Below, in pieces: positions 1 to 12,476 of a stretch of DNA of 64,000 bases. The notes beneath the pieces were generated by a model. It worked only from the letters and a program-made list of their open reading frames with translations. It was not told the origin of the DNA and ran no database searches. The stretch is from contig OZ025688.1 of the NCBI GenBank assembly GCA_964019335.1, positions 62,001 through 126,000 of the forward strand, in the 5' to 3' direction. A program made the translations under genes and the position numbers. The stretch comes from Diplonema japonicum (taxonomy: Eukaryota; Protista; Euglenozoa: Diplonemea). Within the stretch, counting starts at the first letter, position 1; each line of letters begins with the position of its first letter.

Positions 1-712
1 AGCGTGGCATTGACAAAACCAAGAAGGCTGAACTGGAGTACCTTACCAAGTTCAAGGAGGCTCTTGAGGCGGGTAAGATGATCCGTGCCGTGCAGTGGTC
101 GAACAAGGAGGTGGAATGCCTGAACGGGCTCCTTCTGCTCACCGCCAAGCGACAGGTGTTCCTGTGCAACATGTCCAAGAGGGACTACCTCAGACAGAAG
201 AACAAGTACCTGCCCAAGGTGAAGGCTTGGTTGGACGAGAACACCGGGGAACTTATGATCCCGTTCTCCGCAGAGTTTGAGTTGGAATGTGTGGGGATGG
301 AGAAAGATGAGCTGGAGAAGTACCTGGAGGAGAGCAAGACGAAGAGCATGATGAACAAGATCGTGAAGACGGGTTTCTCTGCATTGAACCTGCAGTACTT
401 CTTCACCACCGGGGCTGACGAGGTGAGGGCGTGGACCGTGGCGAAGGAGACAAAGGCGCCAGCATGCGGTGGGAGAATCCACACTGACTTCGAGAAGGGT
501 TTCATCTGTGCTGAAGTCATGAACTTCGTCGACTGGAAGGAGCACGGGTCGGAGGCAGCATGCAAGTATGGATCAAAAAAAAAAAAAAGAAAAAAAAAAA
601 AACTTACAGGGCCGTTGGGAAGTACCGTCAGCAGGGCAGGGAGTACGTTGTTCAGGACGGTGATATCATCCTCTTCAAGGTGAACGCTGGGGCTGGTCTT
701 AAGAAGAAATAG
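1..712 (+). CDS. OLA1: Obg-like ATPase 1 / YchF, 5'-truncated by window edge; exons <3-565, 610-712
   Basis: [35 protein letters not shown]. Removing intron 566-609 (GTATGG...A-tract...TTACAG) restores the canonical end [26 protein letters not shown] and stop TAG 710-712. Confidence 0.95.
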
Positions 713-1147
713 GTTGAGAGAAACGAAAGAATTACCCCCTTTTTATTTGCATCAAATTACTTTTTGTCGCTTTTTTCTTCTTCTATTCTCCACTTTTTTT
801 TTCCACTTCTTCTTTCTCTGCTCTTTTCCTTCCGTCATCTTCCCTCTTGTGGTTTGGAGCAGGGAAATTGAGGAGGGAGAAAAGAAAAAGGATTAAAAAT
901 TGGATAGGTAAGTGCCCCCCCCCACCTTTCCCCCTCCGTCTGCCTTTCATTCTTTGTGGTTTTTTATGACCCCTTTTAGTGTGTCTCGTGCCCACCCCCC
1001 CTTTTTTTCCACTGTCCCCAACCCTTATCCCCCCCTTTCATACGTCATATGTCTTTTTTTATTATTATTTTGAAGCCCTGTTAGAAAAAAAATAATAAAA
1101 AAGGTACGCTGGCAAAAAAAAAGAAAAAAAAAGAGAAAAAAAACCAA

Positions 1148-1678
1148 ATGCAAAATGTTATTGAAGCCTCGGAGATGAAACAAGAGAAGAAAATACTGTC
1201 TGACAAGATCAGCAGGCTGGCAGAAGAGGTGGTGTTGTTGGGTGGGATCAACGACGAGAAGCGGCAGGAGGCGGAAAGCCTGTACGACCAGTGGTGCGGT
1301 GTTCAAGTGAAAACCGCAGAGTTACTACTGCACATTCTAGAAGTAGCCTCGGGGAAGCCTGATGGTGTGCATTGTTTGCACGCAGTGATCGATGTGCTGA
1401 AAAGAGACGAGCAGCGTCTTCAACAGGACCTCGCACGGCTAGGCTCCGTGCACGACAGGGAGGATGCGAATTTCAAAACAAAACGAAAAGAGCTCGAGAT
1501 TGAGAAGGCCACCGCTGAAGACCTCCTCTTGCAGCACCAAGCAGCCACCGAGGACGCAGCTAGCAGACGTGATGAGCACCTCAGACGCATCCAAACCCAC
1601 CGCATGGAACTAGCCACCGCACACGACACCTTCAAGGACGACGTGCTGTCCTATGCACGGTCCATATTCCTCGTTTAG
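1148..1678 (+). CDS. Hypothetical coiled-coil protein (176 aa)
   Basis: Open frame with coding-like composition, heptad-rich E/K/L/A sequence, A-rich leader before ATG; no family recognised. Confidence 0.65.
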   Translation: MQNVIEASEMKQEKKILSDKISRLAEEVVLLGGINDEKRQEAESLYDQWCGVQVKTAELLLHILEVASGKPDGVHCLHAVIDVLKRDEQRLQQDLARLGSVHDREDANFKTKRKELEIEKATAEDLLLQHQAATEDAASRRDEHLRRIQTHRMELATAHDTFKDDVLSYARSIFLV

Positions 1679-1762
1679 TAGTTATGATAGATATACACTT
1701 TAGATTCCCTTCATTTATGCTTTTTTTTTTCATTTTCCTCCCGCACTTAATGTACGCAAAGG

Positions 1763-4653
1763 ATGGGGTTTTGGGGTAAGAAAAAGCAGGAGGAAGAACC
1801 TACCTCAGGTCCCTCGGAGCTGCCCTTGCTGGATGGCATCGGCAATGAGGAGGACGGCGACGGGGAGGAGATGCAGATCGCGATCGAGCCCGATGAGGGT
1901 GAGGTTCCCGACGATGCGCTGCATCAATGTGCCCCGCACATGCACCGCTTCGACGGGGAGCACACGCTGTGGGAGAGCAGCACGGAGTTTAGCGCACTGT
2001 CCTTCTGCAATTTTTGGGACTTCTGGAGCTGGGGCGAGGACATCATCGTGGTGACCAACATGCGCGTCTTCCTCTGCCAGATACGCATCAACCCCTTCCT
2101 CGGATGGCTCACCTGCTTCAAGCCTTACTACTCCAGCACCATCATGCGCCGTAGAGACATCAGCACTATCTCCTTACGCCGAACCATTAGGTTTCCCACT
2201 GCCTTTTACGCGCTACTCTTCATCTGGTTCTTTGCTTCCGCCTACATCCTCTCCTTCCGCTTCGTCTCCCCTGCCGTTGATGTGGACACCCCTTCTTGGG
2301 TCGAGAACTTCTGGGCACTCTTTGGCATCTCCCTCGGCTTCCTCATTCTCGTCCTCATGTTCTTCTCCAATGACTGGGTTGTCACCATGTCGCATAAGAC
2401 AAGCAAAATGCACCCACTCAGCAAGAGCGAAGTCTCTGCGAGAGTTTCTGGACCCCACATGATTGGTCAACTGGAAGAAGCCGTGCGAGCCGGTTACGTA
2501 GGGGGCGGCGGGTGGTTGAAGGACGAAAAGAAGACGAAAAAAACAGGCAAAGGCTACGTGGCCACACGGCAGCTCTCTATATTAGAGATTGCGGAGAACG
2601 GCGGAGGGTTCATGGATCCAGACCTCGTCGACTCGGCAGATGAAGACGAGGAAGTACTTACACCGGCCATTCTTCCAGTACACAAGAGGTTGCTTCCGGG
2701 TGAAAAACTAGTCTACCGATGCAAACACACAGCAAGGGTGTTGTTTTTTTCTATAGGAAACAACAGCATCGCGGTGACGAACAAGAGGATTATCATCAAG
2801 AAAGCGCGGTACCCTCTTCTATGCACAAGGTACCCCTGGCTGAGCCGGTACTTCTACACAAGTATCCCGCTTCCCTCGCTGCACACCATTCAACACGCAC
2901 GCATCCGACTGTTCGGGAGGGGGAGGTTCATCGCCGCCCTGCTTATGTTCCATATCACGCTGCTGTACATGTGGTTTCACCTCAACTACAAAGCTTGCCC
3001 TGAGCACAAATACTGCATCTCGTGGTTCCCCAAGCCTCCTGACTTGCTGCTCGAGATCCCCACGATAGGAGTGCTGGCAGCACCTGGCTTGTTCTTGGTG
3101 CTGTCCATTTTGTTCCAGTTCCACAGAGGATGGGGACTGGTGCTTGATGTGTACGAGAAGAGCCACTTGAACATTGAGGAGCTGCGGATTGGCCTCTCAG
3201 GACGTATGTATCGAAGTCATATAATGTATCACAACCACAGCCAGCCAGATGAATGCCGTGGAGGACGCATGCCGCATGGGCACTGTCGCCAAGCGCTACC
3301 CACACCGCCCAGATGGACACCTTATCCCTGGGGAAAAGATTGTGGGTGAGCTTGAGTGCGACAACGGCAAAGTGCGCGTCACGACGAAACGCCTTCTTGT
3401 GTGCAGGGTATGAGCGCACAGTACATGCACAACAATGCACAGAATCATGTCGAAGAGACGACCTTCGTGCGCAAGTGGATAACCTTCTGGTTCAGAGACT
3501 ACCACGTGGGGTCCTTCGATGCACGTGATGTTGCGTATGTCAACAGGGGTGGGGTGGGCGGGCACAGCATGGCAAGCTGACGCATCTGGCCACAGAGTTG
3601 CCAGCAACGCGAGAAACTGCCAATGCAAGACATAATACAAACCATCTTAACAACCAAAACAGTGCCTGCAGTACACGGTGGATCCATCTTCATTCGCAGG
3701 TTGTGATGCTCGGTGCATCGTGGGTAGGCTTCTGGGCCATCATTGTCGGGTCGATGCTCCGCTTCGAAGTGTGCGACGACACATTCGTTACCTTGTACTG
3801 CAGCGATAGAGTGAGCTTGGGGGTGCAGCTGGGAGGGTGCGTCCTGATATTTTACTCTGTGTGGGGCTATTCACGCCACAAGTCTCCGGGGTTGGTGTTC
3901 ACAGTGCAGAACACAGAAGCACTGACGTGGTACAGGAGCGACTTCCTGAAGCTACGTGTGGCGTCTACGAGTGTGAACATGGTTCAAGAGTGGCTGCGGT
4001 CTGCGCAAAAGGGGCTTGGATGCTTCCTGCCGGAAGCGGAGGAAGACTCGGTCGAAAATTTGGCAAAGCACGAAAGGTACGGGACCCTGATTGTGTTGAA
4101 AGAGAATGAAGTCAAGATATCAGGCGGGACATCCCTGCCCAAGCTGGGCGACGTGGTGACGCTGCTTGAGGAAGACGAACCTGCGAAGTGGAGGGTCGCA
4201 GCGGAGACGAGGGACGGAGGCGTGAGGCTTGTTGCTGATCGAGACGAGCGAGCGGCTCTGTTCTTTGGCGACGTTGGCGATGAGCGGGGTGGAGGTGCAT
4301 GGGAAGAAGCACCGACGACACCTATACGTGAAATCGAGAGAGTGAGGGATCTGGAGGAACTGGAAGGGCTGCGGGAAGAGAAGATACTGCTTGAGGACGC
4401 CCTCCACTCCAACGGCAACGAACTGGTGACGCTCCGCGAGGCACTCAGGACGCAGACCCTGAAGCTCATCCATACACAAGGGGAACACGTCAGCAGGTTG
4501 CAAGATGCCGCACACGCCTCGTTTGCACAGAAAACGTTCCCCCCCGTTTCCCTCCCTCCTACACCACCCCCAGAGGAGATCTTCGTTGAGACACCTCCAT
4601 CACTGCCCGTCTCGAACCCCCCATCCCTCGCCTCCTCCTTTGACCAAAGATGA
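1763..4653 (+). CDS. Membrane protein with three repeated PH-like (bPH-type) + TM-hairpin units, ~896 aa; exons 1763-3203, 3241-3407, 3443-3534, 3663-4653
   Basis: Three units with motifs (D/P)GE...VVTNMRV / VTNKRII / VTTKRLL, each followed by hydrophobic segments. GTATG..CAG introns 3204-3240, 3408-3442 and 3535-3662 join ORFs 1763, 3356 and 3598 in frame. The last acceptor could alternatively be 3671. Confidence 0.75.
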
Positions 4654-4894
4654 TTCACAAAACCTTTAAAAATAGATTAGTTCTCCCATGTGGTCTGTCC
4701 CCGTCTTTCCGAGGGAAAACGGAAAGATGAGGGGGGCCATTGTGGCCATTCCTGTTGTCTATTCTTCAGCTGTTATTTAGTATTTCTATTACCTGTACCC
4801 TTATGTTATTTTTAGACTGTTCAAATATTCTTTGTATCTCTGTAACATTTCTTTTGTGTCAGTGAAATTTAAAAAAAAAAAGAAAAAAAAAACC

Positions 4895-6412
4895 ATGCAC
4901 CTCGTAGTTGGGCTCGTCCTAGTGGTGGTAATAAGTTGTGCGGAGGCTGTTCCTGCGAACATAACGGAGTACATGGAGGAGAGGGAGGCATTTATCGCAC
5001 AGCAGGCAGGGTACAGGATGGACGGGGGCGAGAGGGGACTTGTGGGGAGTGAGGTCCAACTGAACAGAAGTATTGTAAATATGCGAGAGGAGCTGAGGAA
5101 AAGCATGCCTGGAGCAGTTGCGATGCCGCTGAGAGCAGTGAAGAATCAAGTCGAAGGAACTGCGTTGTGGAAGGTGCTACACGAGATGCCAAAGGCAGTG
5201 ATTCTCCATGTACACTGGTCATCGACAGTATCCATTGAGTGGCTCCTGAAGAATGGCACACACAGACCGGGGTGCTATATTTATTGGCCTGCTGTCAAAC
5301 CTGCCAACTCTACATATTTTGTAGGACAAGGCAGCTTCTACAGCACGCCAAGCGAGGCACCTGAGGGATGGGTTGCCGCCGAGAGCTTACGCGCATCCAT
5401 TCCGGACTTTGACAACGTACTCCTCACGCAGTACTGGGATGTCTACTACAACGACACCTCGATCAACGAGAGGGTGGACCCATGGGGACCTTTCCAGAAC
5501 TATTTCACCCTCACAGGCGGGGTCCTTATGTACAAACCCGTCTTCGAGGCGTACATGCGGGAGACCATCTCTGTAGCAGTGCGCGATTGGAAAGTCAACT
5601 TCCTCGAACTCCGTGCTCTTGGTTACAACTCCGGTGTTTACGATTTCACCAAGAAGTACACGTCACTGGAGACGACTAACATAATGATAGCCGTCAGCAA
5701 CGCGATGAAGACCACGCTCCCGGGGTACCTGGGGATGAATGCGATCTGGTCGGAATACAGGCAAAACTCTGCCAGCGTCATCCAGGCTTCATTGGAACAG
5801 GCTGTGTTCGTGAAGAACAACTGCGACGATAAGGATTTTGTGATCGGGTGGGACCTGGTGGGGCAGGAGGACAAGGGACACCCGTTGAGGTACTTCCTCC
5901 CACAGTTGCTGAACTACTCCGGGAGGATCGACTACTACTTCCACGCAGGGGAGACCGACCTTATCGGGAACGGCACCACCGCTGAGAACATTGACGATGC
6001 TGTGCTGCTGGGCTCAAAGCGTATTGGCCACGGTCTGGCGTCAGTGAAACTCCCACTGGCCGCCAACATGATAAAAGAGAAGGGCGTCACACTAGAGGTG
6101 TGCCCTGTCTCAAACCAAGGACTGCAGTTTGTTCTAGATGCCAGGCAGCACCCTGCTTCTGCTCTCTTCGACATCGGGCTTCCCATCACCATCAACAACG
6201 ACGACCCTGCCATCTTGGCAACCTCCTCTAGCATGGGGTACGACTGGTGGTTGGCAGTAATGTCCTGGGACATCGACCTAGCCTCTATCAAGGCAATGGT
6301 CCAGCAAGCCATTCACTCTTCCTCCGCCCCTGCAGCTACCAAGGACGCTCTGTACACAACATGGGCCCAGTCATGGGAACTTTGGGTGAACTCCTCGATT
6401 TCACGTTTCTAA
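4895..6412 (+). CDS. ADA2: Secreted adenosine deaminase, ADA2/ADGF family
   Basis: Signal peptide MHLVVGLVLVVVISCAEA; MPKAVILHVH, DLVGQED, FHAGET, RIGHG, EVCPVSN, NNDDP metal/catalytic motifs. Confidence 0.92.
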   Translation: MHLVVGLVLVVVISCAEAVPANITEYMEEREAFIAQQAGYRMDGGERGLVGSEVQLNRSIVNMREELRKSMPGAVAMPLRAVKNQVEGTALWKVLHEMPKAVILHVHWSSTVSIEWLLKNGTHRPGCYIYWPAVKPANSTYFVGQGSFYSTPSEAPEGWVAAESLRASIPDFDNVLLTQYWDVYYNDTSINERVDPWGPFQNYFTLTGGVLMYKPVFEAYMRETISVAVRDWKVNFLELRALGYNSGVYDFTKKYTSLETTNIMIAVSNAMKTTLPGYLGMNAIWSEYRQNSASVIQASLEQAVFVKNNCDDKDFVIGWDLVGQEDKGHPLRYFLPQLLNYSGRIDYYFHAGETDLIGNGTTAENIDDAVLLGSKRIGHGLASVKLPLAANMIKEKGVTLEVCPVSNQGLQFVLDARQHPASALFDIGLPITINNDDPAILATSSSMGYDWWLAVMSWDIDLASIKAMVQQAIHSSSAPAATKDALYTTWAQSWELWVNSSISRF

Positions 6413-7207
6413 AAAAATAAAAGTACACAGCACACACATTTATATTAGAGGGTGGGGTTGGTTACTTACGGTTTGTGGGGGGGGGTTTTTTTTGGGGGGT
6501 TTGATTTTTTTCAGGGGTAGAAAAGAGTAAAGAGCCCCCTACCCATCTTCTCTTCTGTTGTTAGAACTGGGGGGAGGGGGTATCTTTTCCCCAGGATTGA
6601 GGAGCTCTGTAGGTTCCGCCAGAGCCAACGTGTCCACTGTTGAGTACCTTATGTGTGATTAGTGCCGTACTCCGGTGTTTCATCCCTTCCCCCTCCTGTT
6701 CCTTATTTCGTTTTATATTTTCAACGATAACTTTGTTTCTAACTTTTAACGCTAGGGAAGAGTGGGGGAATAATGGGGGAGGAAAGACCGAGATGGGGGA
6801 AAGAAAGAAAAGAAGATCGAGAAAAATAGTAAAAAACGTGTTTTTTTTTTGTTTTTTTAGTGGCTGTGTCTGTGCCCATCTACGCACACCAGGAGGCCAT
6901 CTTCCTTTCGGAGAGGACACACGAAGGATTACTTTCCTCTTTTTTTTTAATTCCCCATTCACATGCAGTCTTAACACCCTTCCTCGCCCTGCCCTCTTTC
7001 TATTTCTTGTCACGTATTTATGGTTTTTATTGTTCTTTCATTCAACCCTTTGTTTTCCCCCCTGCTCTGCTATGGGTGCCTCAACCTTACTCCTACTTCT
7101 CCCACTGAGCACGTCCCAGTTTTCTTTCCCCTTTTCCTTCCCCCCACTGTATGTTCCACCCATACACCTGTCAAGGAAGAGGAGTTAAGTAAAAAAAAGA
7201 AAAAAAA

Positions 7208-8670
7208 ATGTCAATGTTGCGACTGTCGGCGCTGAGGTCGAAGAGGTGCTTCAGCACTAGCAATGTGCTGCTCAGGGAAGCGTTCGTGAAGGAGAAGCCG
7301 CATTTGAACATCGGCACGATTGGGCACGTGGACCACGGCAAGACCACACTGACCGCAGCCATCACCAGTGTTCTCTCGAAGAGCGGCCTTGCAGAGGCGA
7401 AGGACTACTTCGCGATTGACAAGTCTCCCGAAGAGAAGGCGAGAAAGATCACCATCAACGCCACCCACGTCGAGTACCAAACAGAGAAGAGGCACTACGC
7501 GCACATCGACTGCCCGGGACATCAGGACTACGTCAAGAACATGGTGACCGGTGCCGCCCAGATGGACGGTGGCATCCTCGTCGTCGCAGTGACGGACGGT
7601 CCCATGCCCCAGACAAGGGAGCACATCCTTCTCGCCAACCAGATCGGTGTTCCTAAGCTGGTCGTTTTCATCAACAAGATGGACATGCTTGAAGCCACGG
7701 AGGCGGAGGAGATGGCAGAGCTCATCGAAGAGGAGATCAAGGAGCTCCTTGAGCTGCACAAGTTCGACCCCGAAAGCACCTCCTTCGTGAAGGGTTCCGC
7801 CCTCCGCGCCCTTGAGGGCGAGGAGAAGTGGGTCAACACAGTCTTGGACCTCATGAAGGAGGTCGACGACACCATCCCTACCCCCGAGCGTGACAACAAC
7901 AAGCCATTCCTCATGCCCATCGAGCAGACCTTCGCCATCCCGGGGAAGGGTGTCGTGTGCACTGGGTCCGTGGAGACGGGGTCTCTCAACCTGAAGGACA
8001 AGATTGAGGTTATTGGGTTCAGGCCCGAGGCGCAGGCCACCCAGGTGACAGGGATGGAGTCCTTCTGCAAAACACTGCAGGTGGCAGAGGCTGGCGACAA
8101 CGTGGGTGTCATGTGCTCGTCGCTGACTGCGAAGGACGTGCAGCGTGGGATGGTGCTGGCGAAGCCCGGCCACATCACCCCTGTCAACGACTTCCTTGCT
8201 AACGTATGCACCTTCAACACAAACAACACACCTACAGATCTACGTGCTGAACTCCGATGAGGGTGGTCGTACCAAGCCCTTCTTCCAAAACTACCGCCCC
8301 CAGTTCTTCTTCAGGACTGCTGACATCACAGGTAACATCGACTTCCCTGAGACCGAAGGCAAGTCGCAGATGGTGTCTAAGAAGGACAAGAAGGCCGCCA
8401 TGGCACCGGATGCTGGCGAGACAGACTTCGTGATGGTGATGCCTGGTGACCAGAAGGATGTCGTTATCAAACTGGCATTTGCCGCTCCCCTTCACGAGGG
8501 GCAGCACTTCGCCTTCAGAGAGGGTGGGAAGACAGTGGGACACGGTGTTGTCACCAAGCTCAGGCCTTACAAGTATGTGACAAAATGGAGGGAGGAAAAA
8601 AAAAAAAAAAAACAGCACCGAAGTTCCTGAGATGTTCAACCGTGTGAAGAAGGCCTTCCAGGGTAATTAG
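7208..8670 (+). CDS. TUFM: Mitochondrial elongation factor Tu, ~461 aa; exons 7208-8203, 8238-8572, 8616-8670
   Basis: Arg/Ser-rich presequence; [50 protein letters not shown]. Introns 8204-8237 and 8573-8615 restore the frame. Confidence 0.95.
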
Positions 8671-9178
8671 ATGTTGCGAACAAAAAAAAAAGTTTTTTTT
8701 TTGAGCTTAGTTTGCGCAGTAAGCGCATTTTGAAAGAATAAAGTAGAAGAGAGAGGTGAATTAATTGAACCAATAATTATAATAAAAACAAAAAAAAAAA
8801 CAAAAAAAAAAGGGACACGCAGTCTGTCTGTTGACGACGTAAATAAATATAGTACGAACCAAGGAAGGGGGGATACGAAAAGGAGGGTTTTTTATTTTTC
8901 ATTTGTCATTTTGGGTATTAAACTGCCGCACTCGGATTCTTTGAAAAGTGTTCTTCTTTTTTTTTTCATATTTCTTTCTCCCCTTCATCCTCTCATTCCC
9001 CTCTTTTTTTTTTTTTATCATATCCCTTCCCTCGGGCCGGGTTACTTTTTTATTTCTCTTTTTTTTTTTTTTTTCCTTTCTTTTTCTTTATGTGTTTTTC
9101 TCTCCCTACCTCCACGCCCCTCACCAATTTATTAATGTATTTTCCCCCTTTTTCTCAAAATTTCAAAAAAAGCTTTGG

Positions 9179-9221
<43 letters not shown>

Positions 9222-9242
9222 AGGAAATGTAAATAAAAGAAA

Positions 9243-9989
9243 ATGCCAGGTCCAAAACTATTCCACGCTGATGAAAGGTGTTTGGGAGGAAGGCAACTGC
9301 TGCAACAGCAACACTTGAATATGGTTTCGAGGCTACACGATGTGCGGCCGCACCTAGACACGGTGAGAACACACAGCGAGGTGTGCGTGAAGAACATGCT
9401 CAAGCGCGGGTGGGAAAGAGCTGGAAGGCTGAGACAAGCCCCTTATTGCTCAAAAGTACCTATTTATAAGAGAAATCACCTAAGTTCAGTAGTAGATAAT
9501 CACCCGCCCAACCACTTTTCAGTGGTCTGGGAAATGGACATCAACAAAGGACTAAGGGAGAAGAAGACAAAAAATGTGTGCGTAAAAACACACACCACAC
9601 CGGTAAGCTACGGCCCCAATGCCGTACACCGGGGTAATGCACTGTCTTACTACCAACAGCGGCAGGAGGATCTTGCTGAAAGGTACTCAACTGTGCGAAG
9701 AAGACGCCTGCAGCGGTTGAGGTATGGGATGCCTGTAGATGGGGGCGAGGAGGCGAAATTCAAACTATCTCCGAAACTTAAAAGAATTGCCGAGAAAGTA
9801 CTCAGCAGAATGCCCCTCCCCCGCCCGACTACAGCACCGGTCTACTGCACTTCTGAGTCCATCCACCATCCAATACGCCCATGTACCGCACCTCCTACTC
9901 ACCGTAGGCCGCAGCCACATTCCCCTGCACCTTCACCTGGCACCTCCGTCCTTGACTCTGAGGATGACTTTGGTTATGCTACACTTTAA
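9243..9989 (+). CDS. Hypothetical basic protein, weakly CFAP97/Hemingway-like
   Basis: 248-aa ORF; segments QQHLNMVSRLHDVRPHLDT and SVVDNHPP resemble the 'H..rl..v+p.iDn.pP' motif of ciliary CFAP97-type proteins (by eye only). Confidence 0.6.
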   Translation: MPGPKLFHADERCLGGRQLLQQQHLNMVSRLHDVRPHLDTVRTHSEVCVKNMLKRGWERAGRLRQAPYCSKVPIYKRNHLSSVVDNHPPNHFSVVWEMDINKGLREKKTKNVCVKTHTTPVSYGPNAVHRGNALSYYQQRQEDLAERYSTVRRRRLQRLRYGMPVDGGEEAKFKLSPKLKRIAEKVLSRMPLPRPTTAPVYCTSESIHHPIRPCTAPPTHRRPQPHSPAPSPGTSVLDSEDDFGYATL

Positions 9990-10253
9990 AGTTGTTTTCT
10001 ATAATTATTCACCAATTTTTTTCTTCTTCTTCTCTCAGCTTTTCTCCCGTTTTTTGTAGACCTGTACCACCGCTCAAAGTCCGTTAAGTCTCGTCGATTG
10101 TTTGGTGGCCAACCAGCCCTTCACCTCCATTGTCCGGCAAGTGGACACTGCACCTACCCAGGGGGTGCTTGGGTTTTTTATTTTTACCTTTTTCTTTTTT
10201 CATCGACAAGGGAGGGAAAGAGGAAGAGGAAAAGAAGAATACAAATAGAAAAT

Positions 10254-12391
10254 ATGCAAGACGCCAGTCTGGAACAATGGCTGCACACGGCAGGTCTGTC
10301 GCATCACTTCCCTGCCTTCAAGGGCGCAGGAATGACGGTCGAGAGCCTCGCATCGCTGACGATGCACAACTACAACACCGTGGGAGTGACGAATATGGCT
10401 GACAGGAGGAAGCTGTTCGAGTTGATACAGCTGATCAAGAGGGAGAACCCTGTGTCCCTGCAAAAGGAGAATGTCCCCCCTTCCGACCAGGATGTGTCGA
10501 TGCTCGCCAGCTGTGCGGTGCTCCCCCTCGACAAAGGCTTCGATGAAGGTGTCTTTGGGATGGATGACTTGGCCAACGCAAAGCCTGTGAAGCCTGTAGT
10601 GCATCAGACACCCGCGCAGCCCATCCCCTCCAACACTCCCGCCATGCAGAGGCGGAAGAGCCTCGGTGCGCAAGGCCCCGCTAAGAAGGCCGGCAAGGAA
10701 CCTTTGAAGTCCAACAGCAAGTCCATCAGAGACAGGATCAACGTGTGTGTGAGAAAAAGGCCCCTCAACCCTAACGAGGTCGAGCGTGGTGACAACGACG
10801 TGCTGCGTGTGGGCGGCGCCAAGAAGAACACGCTGTTCGTGCAGGAGCCTAAGCAGCGTGTGGACTGCTCGTCGTACATCGAGGAGCACCAGTTCACCTT
10901 CGACGAGGTGTTCGAAGAGGACTCGAGCAACGAGGCAGTCTACCTGCGCACAGCAGCACCCCTCATCGAGACCGTGTTCGAGGGCGGCACCGCCACGTGC
11001 TTTGCCTATGGGCAGACCGGCAGTGGGAAAACCTTCACCATGCTTGGGAAGGGTGGCTCGGGGCACGGTCTGTACGCTCTCGCAGCAAGGGACCTCTTCT
11101 CAAGGCTTGAGCCGCACCAAAAGGCCACTTGCAGCTACTATGAGATCTACGGCTCCAAGCTGTTCGACTTGCTGCAGAACAGACAGAAGCTTGCCTGCAG
11201 AGAGGACTCCAAAGGGCAGGTCAACATCTGCGGTCTCACCGAGCACAGCATCAACGACGTGGGTTCCCTGATGTCCATCATTGAGGAGGGCTCAGCATGC
11301 CGTGCGCAGGGTGCCACAGGTGCCAACCAGGACTCGTCACGTTCGCACGCAGTGCTCAGCATCAACATCAAGGTCGCTGCGAAGACAAAGGACGTGCTCT
11401 TCGGGAAGTTCTCGTTCATCGATCTTGCAGGGTCGGAGCGTGGGGCGGACACCATGGACACAGACAAGATCACGCGTATGGAGGGTGCTGAGATCAACAA
11501 GTCGCTTCTGGCGTTGAAGGAATGCATCAGGGCGTTGGACCAATCTGCGCGGCACGTCCCCTTCAGAGGGAGCAAGCTCACAGAAGTGCTCAGAGACTCG
11601 TTCGCAGGAAACAGCAGAACGGCAATGATTGCAAACGTAGCACCGGGTACCATGAGCTGCGAGCACACACTGAACACCCTGAGGTACGCCGACAGGGTCA
11701 AGTCCCTCAGCAGCGGGAAGTCAGGTCGTGCGACAGACGACTTCGATCGTGTGATGATGATCGGCGGTGTGGGGTCCAGGGGGAAGAAGAAGGTGAAGGA
11801 AGTTGCCCCGCCGCAGGCGCCTTTTGCTCATAAGGCGCCATTCCAGGTGCCGATGCCCGAGAAGCGGCCCGACCCGACACCCGCCCCTGCACCTCCTACT
11901 CCTATGCCGAGCGCATCGCCCGTTGTGCAGCCTGCACCTGCAGAGGACTTCCCTGTTGAAGATGCTGGCACACCACAGTCGGGTTCTGCACCGAACTCTG
12001 GGCACGTTGGGCCATCGATACCTCCTGTTGACACTTCACTGCTCAGCAAAGAGGAACTGGAGCGCCACCACGAGTCGCTTATTGACGTGATCCTTCAGGA
12101 AGAGGAGGAGATGATATCAGCACACAGAGCACACGTGGACGAGGTCATGGAAATCATCAAGGAGGAGATGGCGCAGCTCGACGCTGTCGATCAGCCTGGA
12201 TCCAACATCGATGCTTACATCAGGAACTTGGATGGGTATGGAGTGATAAATGGGTGGGGAAATTCCATTAATATACAGGCTCCTGCGTATGAAGCAGAAG
12301 AAAATTACTGAGCTCCGAAACCACCTTAGCCAGTTCAAGACTCACCTTCAGGTAAGTGAAAGAGAAAAGAAAAAAGTGTAAAAAATATTTT

Positions 12392-12432
<41 letters not shown>

Positions 12433-12476
12433 AAGAAGAAATGCTGAGTAAATACTTCGTCAAAGGTGAGAATTAG
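10254..12476 (+). CDS. Kinesin-13 (MCAK/KIF2 family) with N-terminal SAM domain, ~699 aa; exons 10254-12235, 12279-12351, 12432-12476
   Basis: SAM-like LEQWLHTAGLSHH; RINVCVRKRPL, EPKQRVD (KVD-finger variant), GQTGSGKT, SSRSHA, FIDLAGSER, KECIRAL, HVPFRGSKLT. Splicing gives the typical FKTHLQEEEMLS tail. The extreme 3' end could contain one more intron. Confidence 0.93.

Noticed and set aside
7211-8229. Long minus-strand ORFs opposite EF-Tu (similarly opposite kinesin, cathepsin, ABCC, cyclase)
   Set aside because: Antisense shadows of high-GC3 coding sequence; no recognisable motifs.
8145-8630. Programmed frameshift or pseudogene explanation for split ORFs (EF-Tu, cathepsin, OLA1, ABCC)
   Set aside because: Each break is explained by a GT..AG intron whose removal restores conserved motifs exactly.
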